Shown: in pieces, positions 37,280-50,800 of the stretch
How positions within the stretch are numbered: position 1 is the stretch's first letter
Layout: the number at the start of each line of letters is the position of its first letter
NCBI GenBank assembly: GCA_977862235.1
Contig: OZ374565.1
Location: 620,001 to 684,000, forward strand
Direction: 5' to 3'
DNA length: 64,000 nucleotides
Source of the DNA: Dudresnaya verticillata
Lineage: Eukaryota
Translations under genes and position numbers: made by a program
Notes under the pieces: generated by a model
The model's database searches: none
Told to the model about the DNA's origin: nothing
The model's input: only the letters and a program-made list of their open reading frames with translations

Positions 37280-38450
37280 AGGAGCACTGAAACGGTTGAA
37301 ACAGGGGTAGCTGAAGTTTCAAAATTCTTGTTTGATTCCCTGAGTACCTTGGCTAAGCAGAAGTACAACCAGAGGTTAAAGCTGGTAAAAACGGCTGCGA
37401 ATTTTCAACACGGCGATCCGGCACTTGCTAAACCAATTCATCGCAGTTTTCTGTCCATATTTTATTGCAATAAAGTATCATGACACCCGCGGCTACAGAG
37501 ACTGAAATTAGGAAGGAGGATGACTTGCGGGAATAATCTCAGGGCTCCGTTGGGTGTGCGAATTGTAAGGCCATAAGGGCCCTTGGACCCTCATTGCAAA
37601 GGGAAACGCACCATGAAGTGCCTCAGGAAACCCCTTCGTGAACAAAAGGGATATAGACGAGCTCAAGCATGCCCACCGCAGAAGATTTTCAGAGATGGGG
37701 CTACTACTTTGTATTCCCCCGTTTTACAATTTCACAATGTAGTGGAAAGCAACAAGTCATTATGGCTACCAGATCATGTTTTCGATCGACGTGATTCCGC
37801 TTTGCATGCACTTTTACTCATCGGAGTAAATTGCGGACTTCGTTTCGACGAAAATACGGAAGACGAAGCTTGATGAGCTCTCTTGTAGCCCACATGGGAT
37901 AAATTTTGTCATCCGAGAGAGAGCAAAAAACTCGTTAAGTTGCCAGGAATATGTCTTGGACGAGTGGCCAGGTAGTTATTTCAGAGGCGTCTTGCTCGTT
38001 GATACGTTCTCCGCGGTGTGTTCGTGGCTAGAAATAAGAGGTGATGTAGAAAGTTATTTTCTTCTGGGACATTAACCGCGAGGGAGAGTCCCAGCGGATG
38101 CGTCATGCGCACCCTTGTCCATGGAAGGATTTCTCTATCTTCTTGCGGAGACGTCTTGTGAACTTGGGCATGGCTCTAGCAATTGTAAGGTTATTTACAG
38201 GCCACAGCCTGAAACAAACTTGTGTTGTACTCCAGAGGACCCTGGCTGTTCTGGTTATTGAAATCATGAACAGGATAAAGATGGAAGGAGTGCGAGCATA
38301 CCTACGCTATAGAGAAGTTTTCAGCGGCAGTCACGTGAGTAAAGGGCCTGGTTCTAATAGTATCGAAGGAGCAGCTGACAATTCTGAAGCAGCCATTTCT
38401 TCTAGAGATGTTTTCGAGGATCCCGAGTTTCGGAACCTTGTATAGAACTG
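37280..38450 (+). pseudogene. Degenerate tyrosine recombinase (Crypton-like)
   Basis: LLLIGVNCGLRFDE (catalytic R), FTGHSLKQ (HxxR box eroded), AYLRY (Tyr); several frameshifts; no adjacent RT. Confidence 0.65.
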
Positions 38451-39417
38451 AGAGAATAACATTCTGCTTGAATATATATTTAGTTCTGCTTCTTGCTTTA
38501 CCGGGAGGGACTTGGGGTTAGTTCCGGGTAACATAACTAAATCTGGGGAAGACCTCCAACAGATGTCAGGGGCAAAGGTCGTTCAGAACCTTCGTTTCGC
38601 TTGTATCCCTTAGAGCTTTGATATTTCTGCTATTTGGCCTCACTCGGCCCGTTCCCATGCTCGACTATCGGTGCTCTGCCTATTTCAGCTGGACGAGCTC
38701 TTGAGTGGCATGCCACTTTCTGCAGAAGCATACGCACCATTTTCGAGTTATTCCCAAATTAGGCATGCTGCCTTATCCCTTGGTTGTTGATATTTTTGGT
38801 CGTCTTGGACTCCGGGGTCTATAGGCCAAGTCTATTGACTTCTGAGGTGAATTTGATGTTCAAAAATATGGCCAAATGCTTCGCTGTCTATATAGGCACC
38901 GCTGTTTCTCAAAAAGATGGAATGCGAAGGGTGTTTCCATCGACGGTGAGCACTGCCTCCCAAGGGTTTATTGTCGCCTCCGTCGTAATACTGAATTCCC
39001 TCGAGGCGCCTCGAGTGGATTGTCCAGAACACGCACAGTGGTGAGCACTACTCTGTCTGTTCTGGGAATCTTCTGCAATGCGGGAGCTTGCAAACCGGTC
39101 GAACTACTGTCTTGTATGTGTAAGCATGGGTGTGGAGTTCTAGCCATGACTGTTGATCTTTGACGAGTTGGCGATGGAGTTGAACTTGGCGGGCAGCGCA
39201 ATACAAACTTTACTTTCGTCGCCAAGAAGGGAACCTCTGCTGCGACTGAAAAGCTTGCCCTTTTTCGTCTGGCTTACAAACATTTCCATCTTTAGTTCCT
39301 CAATGCGTATACGCTATGGCGCTTAGTGTTAACGGTCGCAATCCGACTCGAAGGTATTCCCTCCTGGGCAATCCTGTTTGACCACCTTCTGGGCTTTCTG
39401 TTTGAAATTGTGTACAT

Positions 39418-40246
39418 TGTGGCATAGACGTCAGGTCGAAATGACGTCTAGCTGCGCTGGTCGATCAGTCGCACCCAGACCCGTCGAAGGGTGGTAGCTG
39501 TGGTGGTAGAGCGGCGGTGTCGGCCGCGCGCGCCGTCGACGGTCGCGGATCAACGGCGTCGAAGCCTGAGCGCGCACGGGGCGTACCGTACGCGGGCGGC
39601 AGCGGCCGGATCCCTGCGTCCCCGTCGTGGGGCGGCACGAAGCCGACGGTAGGGAAAGGAAAAGGAAAGCCTAGACGGCTAGGGAAAGAGGGAAGCTGTA
39701 GGGCGAAGGACTGGGAAAGAAACCCAAAGCAGAAAGGGCAAGCCTGGCGTAGGCTGGCTTGCCTGGTTTACTGAAGCCCAGAGGGGCGACTACTAGATAT
39801 ACTACAGGGCCTGCGGCGGCAACCACCCGGGAGGTGCGCCGGCGCGCCCCAACACGCGTCGACGCGTACGGGTAACGGTAACCCGGGGGCGCGCGTAGGC
39901 GGAACGGTCCACACGTACTCAACGGCTCGACGCCGGAGTGCGCGCGCGCGTGTCACGCACTCAACGGCTCTGCGCCGGAGTGCGTGCGCACAGCGCGCAG
40001 GACAGCAGGGCGTTCGACCGCCGCTTACACTAGACGGTGCTGTACACTTACAAAACAATAAACGTAGAAATTACATGGGAGTTTCACTGTCACACGCGAA
40101 TGCGTGCACACGTGGGCGCCACTGCGCACTCCCTTACAGTTCAGCGGGGCTTCGGCGCCACCGGCTGACAGCGTGCGCACAGCAGTGCACACGTGGCGCA
40201 GCTGGTCTTACAGCTGCGCGTGCGCTGGTCTTACAGCTATGCCACA
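39418..40246. mobile_element. LTR-family copy
   Basis: Perfect 10-bp terminal IR tgtggcatag/ctatgccaca; flanks tacat/taaag give no clean TSD. Confidence 0.85.
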
Positions 40247-40481
40247 TAAAGATTCGCGTCACCTGCTTGAATCTCAGCATAGAATCCTGACACTGCAGTG
40301 GACTGCAGTTCACGAAAAGATGGAGCCCAGTCAAGAAGGTACCTGCTGCGGAACTCTTCGCAGTATTTGAGGGTATTGAAAAAGACGAGTTCAAGAGCAT
40401 ATTAGGCGCTTCTTAATATGGATATCAAGCTGTGTCTTGCTGTCGACTCTAAGGGTCTTTTCACCTCTCTTTCCACCCTGA

Positions 40482-41229
40482 TGTGGCATAGAAGCCAGAT
40501 CGAACTGCATTTTATCCGGACTGGTTGATTAGTCGCACCCAGACCCGTCGAAGAGTGGTAGAGGGTAGCTTTGGTGGAGCGGTGATGTCGGTTGCGCGCG
40601 CAGTCGATGGTCGCAGATCTGAAGCTGTCGAAGCCTCAGCGCGCACGGGGCGTACCGTAGACGGGCGGTAGCGGCCGGATTACATCTTCCCCGTTGTGGA
40701 CGGTACAAATCTGACGGTCGGAAAAAGTAAAGGGAAGAACCTAGATGGCCAAGGGAAAAGGGAGTTGTAGGGCGCAGGAAATAGGGAACGAGACCGAAGA
40801 GAAATCTTCAAACAACAGCGCAGGACAGTTGCGTGTTGTCTGTACTTAGGCAAGATATGTGTCGACACGTATGGGTAACGGCTATCCGGAGGCATATGCG
40901 GGTGCAATGGTCCGCCGCGCCCTCAACGGCTCCATCCCGGAGTGCGCGCGCGCCGTGCGCCGTGGGAGACACGTCGCGCATGACAGCAAGTTGTTTGACC
41001 GCCGCTTAATTTAGACTACACTACACGAAAAGAATAAAAGTAGAAATTACACGGGAGTTTCAGTGTCACACGCGTACGCGCGTACGCGTGAGCGCCGCAG
41101 CGCACTTCCTTACAACTTCACCGGGCTTTAACGCCACCGGGTGACAGCGTCCACACAGAGTGGCACACGTGGGGCAACTGGGCTTACAGGTGCGCATGCG
41201 TGCCACAGCTGGTCTTACAGCAATACCAC
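40482..41229. mobile_element. LTR-family copy abutting a Copia RNase H remnant
   Basis: tgtggcatag...caataccac, colinear with the other copies; preceded by VDSKGLFTSLST. Confidence 0.8.
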
Positions 41230-41499
41230 GTCAACACATCTCAAGAACGCCTAGGTCTCCATCGTTACAGCACACGCTCAGAGGTGGCCAAGACGGCGCG
41301 CGTGATTGGCCAGTGGGGTTCTCGCTTCTTGCCCGGGACAGGCGTCGACGCCCATCGAGAGGCCCGCGCTGAGCTGCCGAGGTTATTTTTAGGGAGCCGC
41401 TTCTGCGGCTCCAGAAGCGGCGGCTGGTCATCGCTCACCACAACCGCCCCGCGTCCTGTTCCCTGTCTACCAGTGCTGAACGCCCCAAGCTTCGACGAT

Positions 41500-44241
41500 C
41501 TCAATCTCCTCCTTCCTGCACCATACCCACCGTCGACGCTTCGATGGAGTCACGCGAGCCTATCGCGAGCGGCGCCCCCGGTGAGGGGGCGCCGGGCATC
41601 CACACCACCACGTCGACTGAGTAAGTTGCGGTGGCGGTGCCCGCCGATTCGATTCCTAAGGCCTCCGTGAGCGGCGAGGCGCGGCCTTTAACGGCCGCGG
41701 TAGCTGGAAAGAGACCTTCGACGGTCGCTTCGGACGAAGTGCAGCTTTGACGCTTGATTGAAAAGAGGCGCGACATTCAACGGTTGCGGTAACGGATGTG
41801 GGTCGCCAGCCCCCGCAGCCGGAGACTGCTGCGCGGGGGCCCAAACAGGGTAATGACGCTCCCGCTGTTGCCATGCAGCCCGCATTGACTCCCGCCGCGC
41901 CCAGATCCAGTAAAGAGGAGATGTTTGGGCCGTGTGAAGTTGACGCCCAACTGACTCTAATACCCGCCGCTGACGTCTAGTCAGAGGCGTGACTCTCGCT
42001 GATGCGCAAGGGAAGAGGGTAAAGAACCCGAGTGGGGCGGCCTCCGCCCCTCGTCCTGCTGTAGCGGCTCGGACCTTCCAGCCGACTGATCCATCCTGCG
42101 CACGACGTGCTGGAGCCCGGGTGAGCATCCCACCGGCGTCGACGCGAATAAGGGCATTCGCGGAGCAGCTTTCGCGCTCCGCGACGCCATGGAGAGGGGG
42201 CTTGACCTAAGCCGTTCAGGGTCGCAGATGCCCTCCGGTTCGGGGCAGGTCCACGCAACGGCAGCACTCTTTGTGTTGCGCGACTCGACAAGAGTGAGGC
42301 CTTCAACGGCCCCGACACTATCCGCTGCGGCCGGTGCCAACGCGGATGAGGATGCCATGACTGGCGGCAACTTCACTGCCGCGCCCGTCGTGCCCGTAGA
42401 GGGGTGTCCGAATCAGTCGGACCGCCCCGGACGGGCCATGTGCCTCCTGGGCAGCACGCGCTCCCGACCGAGACGGTCTTTGCCTGAGGGTCACCGCGGC
42501 ACCGGATCTCTCTGTACCAGTGGCGCGGTTTGCAGCAGCCGCGGGCAGACTTCCGGCGGCAGCTGATGTTGGCCAACCCCTGGGGTTCGCTGGCCGAGCG
42601 CTGTCGGAGGGGCGGAAACCTATGCCGCCTTCCTCCCGACAGACGGCATAGTCTGGCTTACGCCATTGGGGTTGCTAGGCGAAATGTTTTATGTCGTTTT
42701 TCTCCAAGAGCTCCGGCTTATGGAAAGGGCAGCACATTCCCTCTTCCTAATAACAGCCGATGAATGGCCAACGACTTTGCCCGACACCATCCCCGAGATT
42801 TGCACGGTGCCTGTCGACGAGCACGTGTATTTCGCGCACAGTCTGGCCGATCCGGCCTCTGCGCACCACCGCTTCGGATTGTATACGGGGAGCGGGACTG
42901 AGATGTATGAAAGGCCCCGGGTGAAGGTCGCCCGTCAATGGGGTGCAAGTTGCACTCAGCGCTCGATGTGTCTTGGTTTACGCCGGTGGAGTGCTAGTCC
43001 CACCGTGACACGCCATCGGGACTCACTGTCCTGTGGAGGACCGTCGACCGGTACTTTCACTACGCGACTACTGGTCGCGTAGCCGCTCGTCATGAGCTCC
43101 GGGTTAGGCCCTCAGATGAAAAAGCCTGGGAGGTGGGCCGCCGATATTGCAGCGAGCTACGAGCTAAGGGGAAAGACTGGGTCTTCGACGATCACCTGCT
43201 TAATTCCCTCGCGACCGGCTGGGCTAGCGTGAGACCCTGTTTCCCGGACTTGATATGTCCGTCGGATGGCAAGTAAGTTGGATTCGATGAGCGGCTTGGC
43301 GTAGCCCACCGTGTTGCAGATACAACAGAGATGTACAATCGGAGGTGTCACTTCGCCTCACGCGTTGATGCGTTTGTGTTTGGCTTCTGGTCAGAGACAG
43401 GCTACCCAATCCTCGTAATCGGGGTGCAAGCGACCGACAGGAGCGCGCCAAGACCTTCGGGTTCGCCTCAATGGATGAAATGTCGAGGGCTGAACTCCCC
43501 GGCCCCCGTCATAGTGGCTAAGGAACTAATCCCGGTGCGGCTGCGGCAGTAATGACGGCGGAGACGGAATCTTAAGTCCCGCCGCCGCCGAGAAGAGCTT
43601 CGCGTCGTGCGTCCGCCGCCTCTGCGGAATAGATAGGGTTTCGTCAGGCCCTTCCTGAGTCTGTTGCTGGCGCAGGGTGCATCAAACACCACCAGGCCGT
43701 CTGCATAGCCGTCGATGGCTTATGTTCTGCCCCTTCTGAGGTGGACCCGCTGGACGAGGTGGTAGGTGGGGCAGTCCGGGCCGAACAGACTGTCCGCAGC
43801 GCTGCCTCCTCGGCAAGCGTTGGGCAAGGCGTGTCGATACACGCGCTCCTGCAGGCCCTGGCGTCTAGCACAATGGCGCTGCACGAGTATCTCAATGCCT
43901 CGAACGCAATCGCGGTTAGCTTCCGCAGAGAGCGGGACGGATTTGCCCGGGAGGTGCAGAGGCTCCAGAGGGAGGTTCAGTGCCTGTCTCATGCCCCGTT
44001 CCGCAAGAGTCTGCGAGAGCAGTACCAGCCTCCCCTAATGGGGTATGCGTTGATGCAATCCATGCCATCGTATACCCCACGGCATTCTTGCCCTGGTGCC
44101 CCTTGTCAGGATGCGGGAAAGCTAGTCTATCCAGTTCGCTCTTGCGGCGCAGTCGTGCCGCCCGCAGCTGCACGCGCCGCGCCACAGCAAGGGGCTGTGC
44201 TGCGGCAAGCGGTAATTACACCAATGAGGGTCCGTAGATAG
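41500..44241 (+). pseudogene. Broken long GC-rich ORF of unknown function, possibly a retroelement accessory ORF
   Basis: Protein-like pieces 42666-43082, 43331-43552 and 43741-44241 (coiled-coil RRERDGFAREVQRLQREV) separated by frameshifts. Confidence 0.35.
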
Positions 44242-47200
44242 GTCTTTACCGTCCCGCCGGACCCATTACTGGTTCCGCAGTGGCGTAGGGGGGCTCGGCG
44301 CCCCCCTTTTCGTTGCGAGTGCTGCTCCTGCACCAGCTGCAACCACGCCTTCGGTTGAGGGCTATGTGAGCGCGATGACTGGGGCGACGAGCTCTGCACC
44401 CACTTTTCCCGGCGTATATTCTGGGGGCAAGGACCCCCAGTAGGTATGCCATAGAGGCACGTGGTGTAGAAGCATCCTAGTTGGGGGGCGGTCGCCGCGC
44501 TAGGGTTAAGACCACCGTTGCGTGTCTGGCTCAATAAAGGGAAAGGAGTGGGAAAATACTTCGGCCCGCTTCGACGCGTTTTCAAAAGCTGTACCTTCGA
44601 TCGAGCGGTTTTGTGCGAGCTAGGCTCGTTTGGTGCGGTGGTGCGGCTTTGGTGCCCCACTACACTAGGGGTGCCATCTTGCCCAACCCGCTCCGCAGCG
44701 GGTGGCGAACCTTCCAACTGGCGTCGACGCCATATTTTGGGGCTTGCCTGTGCGACTAGCAGACAGGTAGCGTCGCGTCGACGCGGGAAATACTGCAGGT
44801 TCTCCTAGCAGTACGCGCTGTGGCACGTCGATCGCCCTTGTTCACCTGACATTTCCCGCCGTCGCCGCTGTCGTGGGGGTGCTCACGTCGACGCGGCCCC
44901 CATGACGTAACTCGGGTCGTGGCAGCAGTTCGCGTAGGAGTGGTCGCTTCGGCGCTTACCTACCCCTCGCGACGTGGTGGCCTAAGTATGGCATCTGGCA
45001 CTGCATTGGTGCCAAACTCGTCAATGAGTTGAGTGGGAAGCTAGTTTCATGGTTTAGTGCCCAGCCGCGAACGGACTCAGTGGTTAGGTCCAGTAAGCGC
45101 GTCGGGTAGCGGTTGGAATAGCCAACCCCATCTTGGGAGCTCCAGCGCTCCCCGATAATTGGGCGTAGGCCCGGGGCTGTCTGACGGCCATTGGGTAATT
45201 CAAATTCTTAATATTTTGTCTGCAGTAGACACTGTACCCAAAACAAAAACCTGCGCCTCTGCGCTTTGGGCACACTCCTCCCATATTTTGTAAGTGAACG
45301 TGCGCCCATGGGATTAAATTTCTTGGGGACCAGGTTTCTGCCGTGGGCTCCCCCTGCCTTCCCACCGTCGAGGTGGTTTTGTCGTTCACGCGTCAAAACG
45401 CTACGGTTCAAACCGGCGAGCGCCAGCCTTCTTGGGTTTGGCGTCCCCCGTCGGTTTGGGGGCTAGCGCATTGGCGCCCCACCTGCTTAGACGACGAGAG
45501 TGGTGGATACGGTCGCCGTGCGCGACCACGGTGAACTGCCTACTGGCAAGGGGATGTCGACGCCTGCCCCTGCGCGCGTGCGCCACTGCAATGGTCGCAG
45601 GTCGTCGGGCACGAAGTGCGCTCCGGGGCCCGGTTCGAGTGGCGTCACAATCGATCCTCCCGAGGGGTGCGCCTTACACGAGTTGATCCGTTTTCGCACC
45701 CGAGTGCCGCCGTTCGTGCCATTAGAGGCGAAGTTGGTCCGTTTCTACGTGTTCCCCGCTCCGTATTTCCGGTGTCTTCGCCACTGTTGATTCCGCAGTC
45801 AACTCTTGGCACCGGGCCGTTGCTTTGGCGCCGAGCGCTTCGGATTATCCGGTCTCGAGTCCCGAGATGCTCTTTTTGTCCCACGAAGCTTCTTGCTCTC
45901 GAGTGCGTGAGCGATAAGTGTCGCGAGGCAGGCATCTCCCCCGATGGGACAATTCGGCAGCTACTGGACGATCTCGGCGGCAGTTTCCTTCGCGAGGTCG
46001 CGGAGGTGCGTCGCCTTCGTAGGCAGCTTTGGAATCGGGATGCGGAGATAGCGGCGCTTCTTATCCCCTTCTGGGTCTCTAGTTTGGCGGAAAGCGTCAG
46101 CGTGAAGATTACGGTTACCCGAGTTACGATGCATCGCGTTACGGGTCCATCTCCGGGGAACCTTCGGGCTTCAGACCCAGCGGTGGCGAAGACTACGATG
46201 GTCACCGTGGACAATCGCAGACATCGGATCCATAAGCGCCGAACCTTCTTCGCGTGACTCGTGACGAAAACGGAAACGGCCCTTTTGATAACCCGCCTTA
46301 CCACTGCGCGAATCCGTATGGTCGCTCGTATTTATACGTAGTTTAGCATCGTGGATTCTTCTTTTATCTTCATAGCTGCTCAGTTCCTCGTTTTCGATAT
46401 CGCGCTTCTTGGACTTGGAGCTCACGGTGGTGGGGTGTCGGTGTCCTGGTATCGTTTCGAATAAAAAGTTCTCTTCCTCTATTCTTCTTTTGCCTCATAG
46501 CAGTAGTCACGTAGTTCTTACCATCGTAGCTTTAGCATCGTAGATTCTCATAAACGGTCTTCGTGCTCCGACTTTGTGGATTTTAGACTTTTTACTGGAG
46601 CGACTTCGTCTTTCGTGAAGCGTGTGGCACTAATTTCGAATTAAATTACACGTATTACCTTCGAAGGTGGCGTCATCGAGACTTCGCAATTCCACGTGCA
46701 CGGCCCCGTTCTCAAGACGACGGCGTCCGCGCCGATGTTATTCGTAGTGATACGGGGATGTGGGCTGCTTGGAAAGCCTCGCAGGGATCTCGAGGGCGGC
46801 GTCAAGCAAGTCGTGGGAGCTCCGAGGCTTTCGATTTCAAGTTGTGGTGGGTGCGCACGGGCGCGGGGGGAACGAATTACAACGCGAAATTGAGTACGGA
46901 GGCGCCGAGGCCAAGCGAGGGAATGGCGCGCCTCGAACTAAAGAGGACTCCGTGATCTTTTCGAAGGCGCGGCGTGCGTTGTAAAAAGGGATAAGCTCCG
47001 TGGCTCAAACGTGGGGATCAGTCGACTCCTGCGCTGCTCCGAGGCAATCGATCGAGCGACGATGGCGTGATGCGCGGGGTTCCACCGCGAATTGCGCTTT
47101 ACGGGTGGCATCGGCCTCAAAGTATGACGTCAATCGGGTATGACAAGTGACCTAGAGTGCACCGTGTCCGTCCGGGGGCCTCTGTGTGAGCGCCTGTAAT

Positions 47201-47850
47201 GCGAGTGCCACGGTGAAACCGGGTGCGCGCGTGTGGGAACTGCGACTGTTACGAAGCCTGCGGCGTGGTGGTGGATATCGCAAGATGTCGTGGTGTGAAA
47301 CTCCGTTGGGGCTTCGTCACGAGCGAATGCGTTGATGCGTAGTGGGCTTCATGTTGCCTCCGAGGGCTGCGATTTCGTGCCTCGCGCACACAGACGACGC
47401 GTTGCAAGTTACAAAGTTGCGCAAAGAGAGACGTGTGTTGGAGCGATGAACCCTTCGGTCCGAGGCCAACGTTTGCGGAGGGGCAGTTGATGTACGCGAA
47501 GAAGGCACGTGGCGAATACGGAGACGAGATGGGACCCACGAAGTGGTGCAACGGGAAACGCGTGGCAGCACTGTACAACCGTATGCGCCGGGGAAATCGG
47601 AATGAGTAGCTTCGTAGTCGGTACGGGATTCAAAAACGTACTATAGAACCGGGGCATTTGGTGTGTGGATCATCGGGGCGGCGCGCAACTCGAGTGTAAG
47701 AAGGCGTTAGTCGCGCTGCAGATTGCGGGTCGCGAAGTCTGGGCCGCAGTACCAATCGGGGTTCTATTCCGAGAGCCATTATTAGGCGATTAACACGGGA
47801 TAACGCGGTTCTGCTTGGCTTCCAAGCCTTTCGAAGTAGGGTGAAACGAG

Positions 47851-50800
47851 TTATTCGGGCACGTGCGAACGCGTTTCCCACGTAGGCGTCGAATAGGCTT
47901 CCCATTTGATACAACATTCTAATTTCCCGTGTTCGTTGGTCGAGTGATCGAGGATGCGATCGACGACATACTCGGGGCGTTCGGTGACCTTCTCCGCGAT
48001 ATCCTCGGGTCGCGTAATATACAGTCTTGAATTCGATGGCGGGGGAACGTAGATACAGCGGTCCGCGGAGACATGTTCAACGAGACCATCCCGGTTGATC
48101 ACGAGTGTGCGCATAACGTTGAAAAGAACCTTATACGGCCCCTATGCGGGGCTCTCAGCTTTGGGTGCTTCATTTTCCCATCGCGTGTATCGAGGAACTC
48201 GTAGTCTCCAGGTTTCACGCGGCTCTTCGTTCTTCGGATGCGCTTAACGAAGTCGTGTTTGTACCGATTTTGAACGCGTTGTATCGAAGTGCGTGAGGCG
48301 ATTACGATATCGAGTCGCTAATGAATTCTTCACGAATGTCCCCCGTGGGTTTCGGTCGGTGCTTCCGGGAGCGATGCTTGACGGTTATTTCGGGGGTCGG
48401 ACGCGATAAAACGAGACTGAACGGAGTTATATTCGTATAGCAATGAACGTAGAAGTTGTACGAATACGTTAACGCGGAGACATACCGGTCCCAATCGTTT
48501 TGATGGTCGTTGAAGTAGTTACGAAGCATCGAGGGGATAGTCCAGTTGTAGCGATCGGTTGGTCCATTCGTCTCCGGATGATACGGGGAAGTGAACACGT
48601 TCGATAACCCGAGTAGTCGGCAGACGCCCTGAAAGAACTTCAAAGTTAACTGTTTTCCGTTATCCGCCAGCACCGAGTCTGGCGGACTGTACTTGAATAT
48701 CCAAACTTCGCAAAACACGACTGCGACGTGATACGCGGATATAACTCACAGTGTGCCCACCTGGGTAAATTTCGTAAATCGATCCGTAATCACGAGGAAG
48801 AACCGACGCCCGGAATTATTTCTCGGTAACGGGCCTAGGATGTCGATGGTGACCGATTAGGGAGGGCGGGTAGCAGGAAAGAGCTGCAATCGATGAAAAT
48901 TCCTTCGTGAACGAATTCGGTTGCTCGCGCAGTGCTTGCAATTTCGAACAGTGGATGTGATATCGGCGGCCATCTAAGGCCAGTACTACGTGACACGAAG
49001 TGAGCAGAACATGAGATTCTGCCCCTGGTGTCCAACGAGTAATAATTGATGCACCAGAGTAAGTAACCGGGGTCGTGCCGTTTCGGGCAATACGATTTGC
49101 GTTCAATTCGGAAAGGTCGGACTCGTTCATCGCAGGAGATCATCTCCATCTTCGTGAAAGAGACTATCCTTCGTTTTCGATTACCGTGCTTGCAACGTTT
49201 GGTAGAACGCGTTAATGCGGTAATCGATGCGGGGAGGTCTACGGGTTTGAAGATGGTTAGATCACTCAGTTATTCGTTAGGATCAATTCGATAAATTTCA
49301 AACCGGTCATCGTCATCGATATCGTCCCACAAATCGCAGTCATCGTAGATGACGGTTTGACCTTCGTAGGTCCCACGTGGTTCTTCTTCGTGTTCGTGTT
49401 GGCAGCCTTTTTGGCAAGTATGGTGTTGGCTTTCGAAACCCTTCGAGAACTCCGTGGGTTTCTTCGCAGTTGCTGCGTGCTTGACCCGTTTAGCGTGCGT
49501 ATTCGTCCGCGTTGACTCTTTGAGAACTGCAGTGACCTTCGATTTCCGCTTGCGGGCTTTTCTTGCTCCTGTAGCCACACGCATCCGATTTGATACGAAG
49601 CCGAGTCGGTAGTCGCAGAATCGGTGGCAACAATAGCTTCGGTTTGAGCGTTTCGAATGGAGTGATATGGTCCTCCGTGGGATTCCATTATTCAGGATCC
49701 GCGTCCTTTCGTGCCATGTTGGTCAACGGTCGCGCAAGTTTTACGAAGTCTTTCAAGAATCTTAGATATACGTTACAAGCACCGAGGAACGAACGGACCT
49801 GATTGAGTGGCCTCGGTAACTTCGCGTCGCGGAATGCCTCGGAACTCTTCTCGGCCATACTCAGCTTCCCCGGGAAAATTACGTGTCCTAGATGATCCTG
49901 TCATTTTTGGAAGAGGAAACACTTCTTCCTCTTCAGCCAAACCGCGGAGTTACGAAGCAGCTTGAGAACATGATCGAGATGCTCGATGTGTTCACGAATA
50001 TTCGCGGAAAAAACGATCACTTCATCGAGGTAAAAGAGGCAACATTGCCAACGAACTGCGGATAAAATGATATAGAGTGCGCGTTGAAACGTAGCGGGCG
50101 CGTTCTTCAAACCAAAGGGCACACGTAAATAACTATATGTTCGGAGAATCGAAGCAAAGTTAATCTTGTTGCAGTCTTCGGGGACAACCTGAATCTGCCA
50201 ATATCCGCTGTTGCAAGCGAGAGTCTAGAAAATCGAAGCTCCGAGGGCATCGATACAGTCTTCCATCCGAGGAAGCCGGTACGCATCTGATACTGTCTAC
50301 GTGTTGAGTCTCTGGTAATCCACGTAAAACGAATCACTCCGTCTTTCTTCGCTGCGAGTACGGCCGGAGACGCTCACTCCGAGGTGACGGGTTCGATTAC
50401 TCCGGCTTCTAACATACTATTGATTTCGTTTCGACAGCGTTCTCGTATAGCGGGCCCTTGACGGTAGGGCATTTAACGAATAGGTAGATTTTCGGGTTGT
50501 AGATCGATGCGGTGCTTCGTGGCTGCGATCTTTCCGAGGCCTCCGTTCCACATCGGTTCGTGTCTTCATAACATCTCAAGGACCTCGTTTCGCGTAGTCT
50601 CATCGGCTATATTCGAAAGGTCTACACGTTCTTCCAAATCGCGGGAACTCGAATGGGCTTCGGGAACCTCCGTCGCGGTGCCTTTCCTGATAGACTTTTC
50701 GTTCGTGAATACGGATTCTTCTGGTGACTTCGAGTCACCGTGTTCGTGTAACGTAGAGATTTTGCACCTTCGCAAACGAATCTGCGACTTCGCGATCCGT

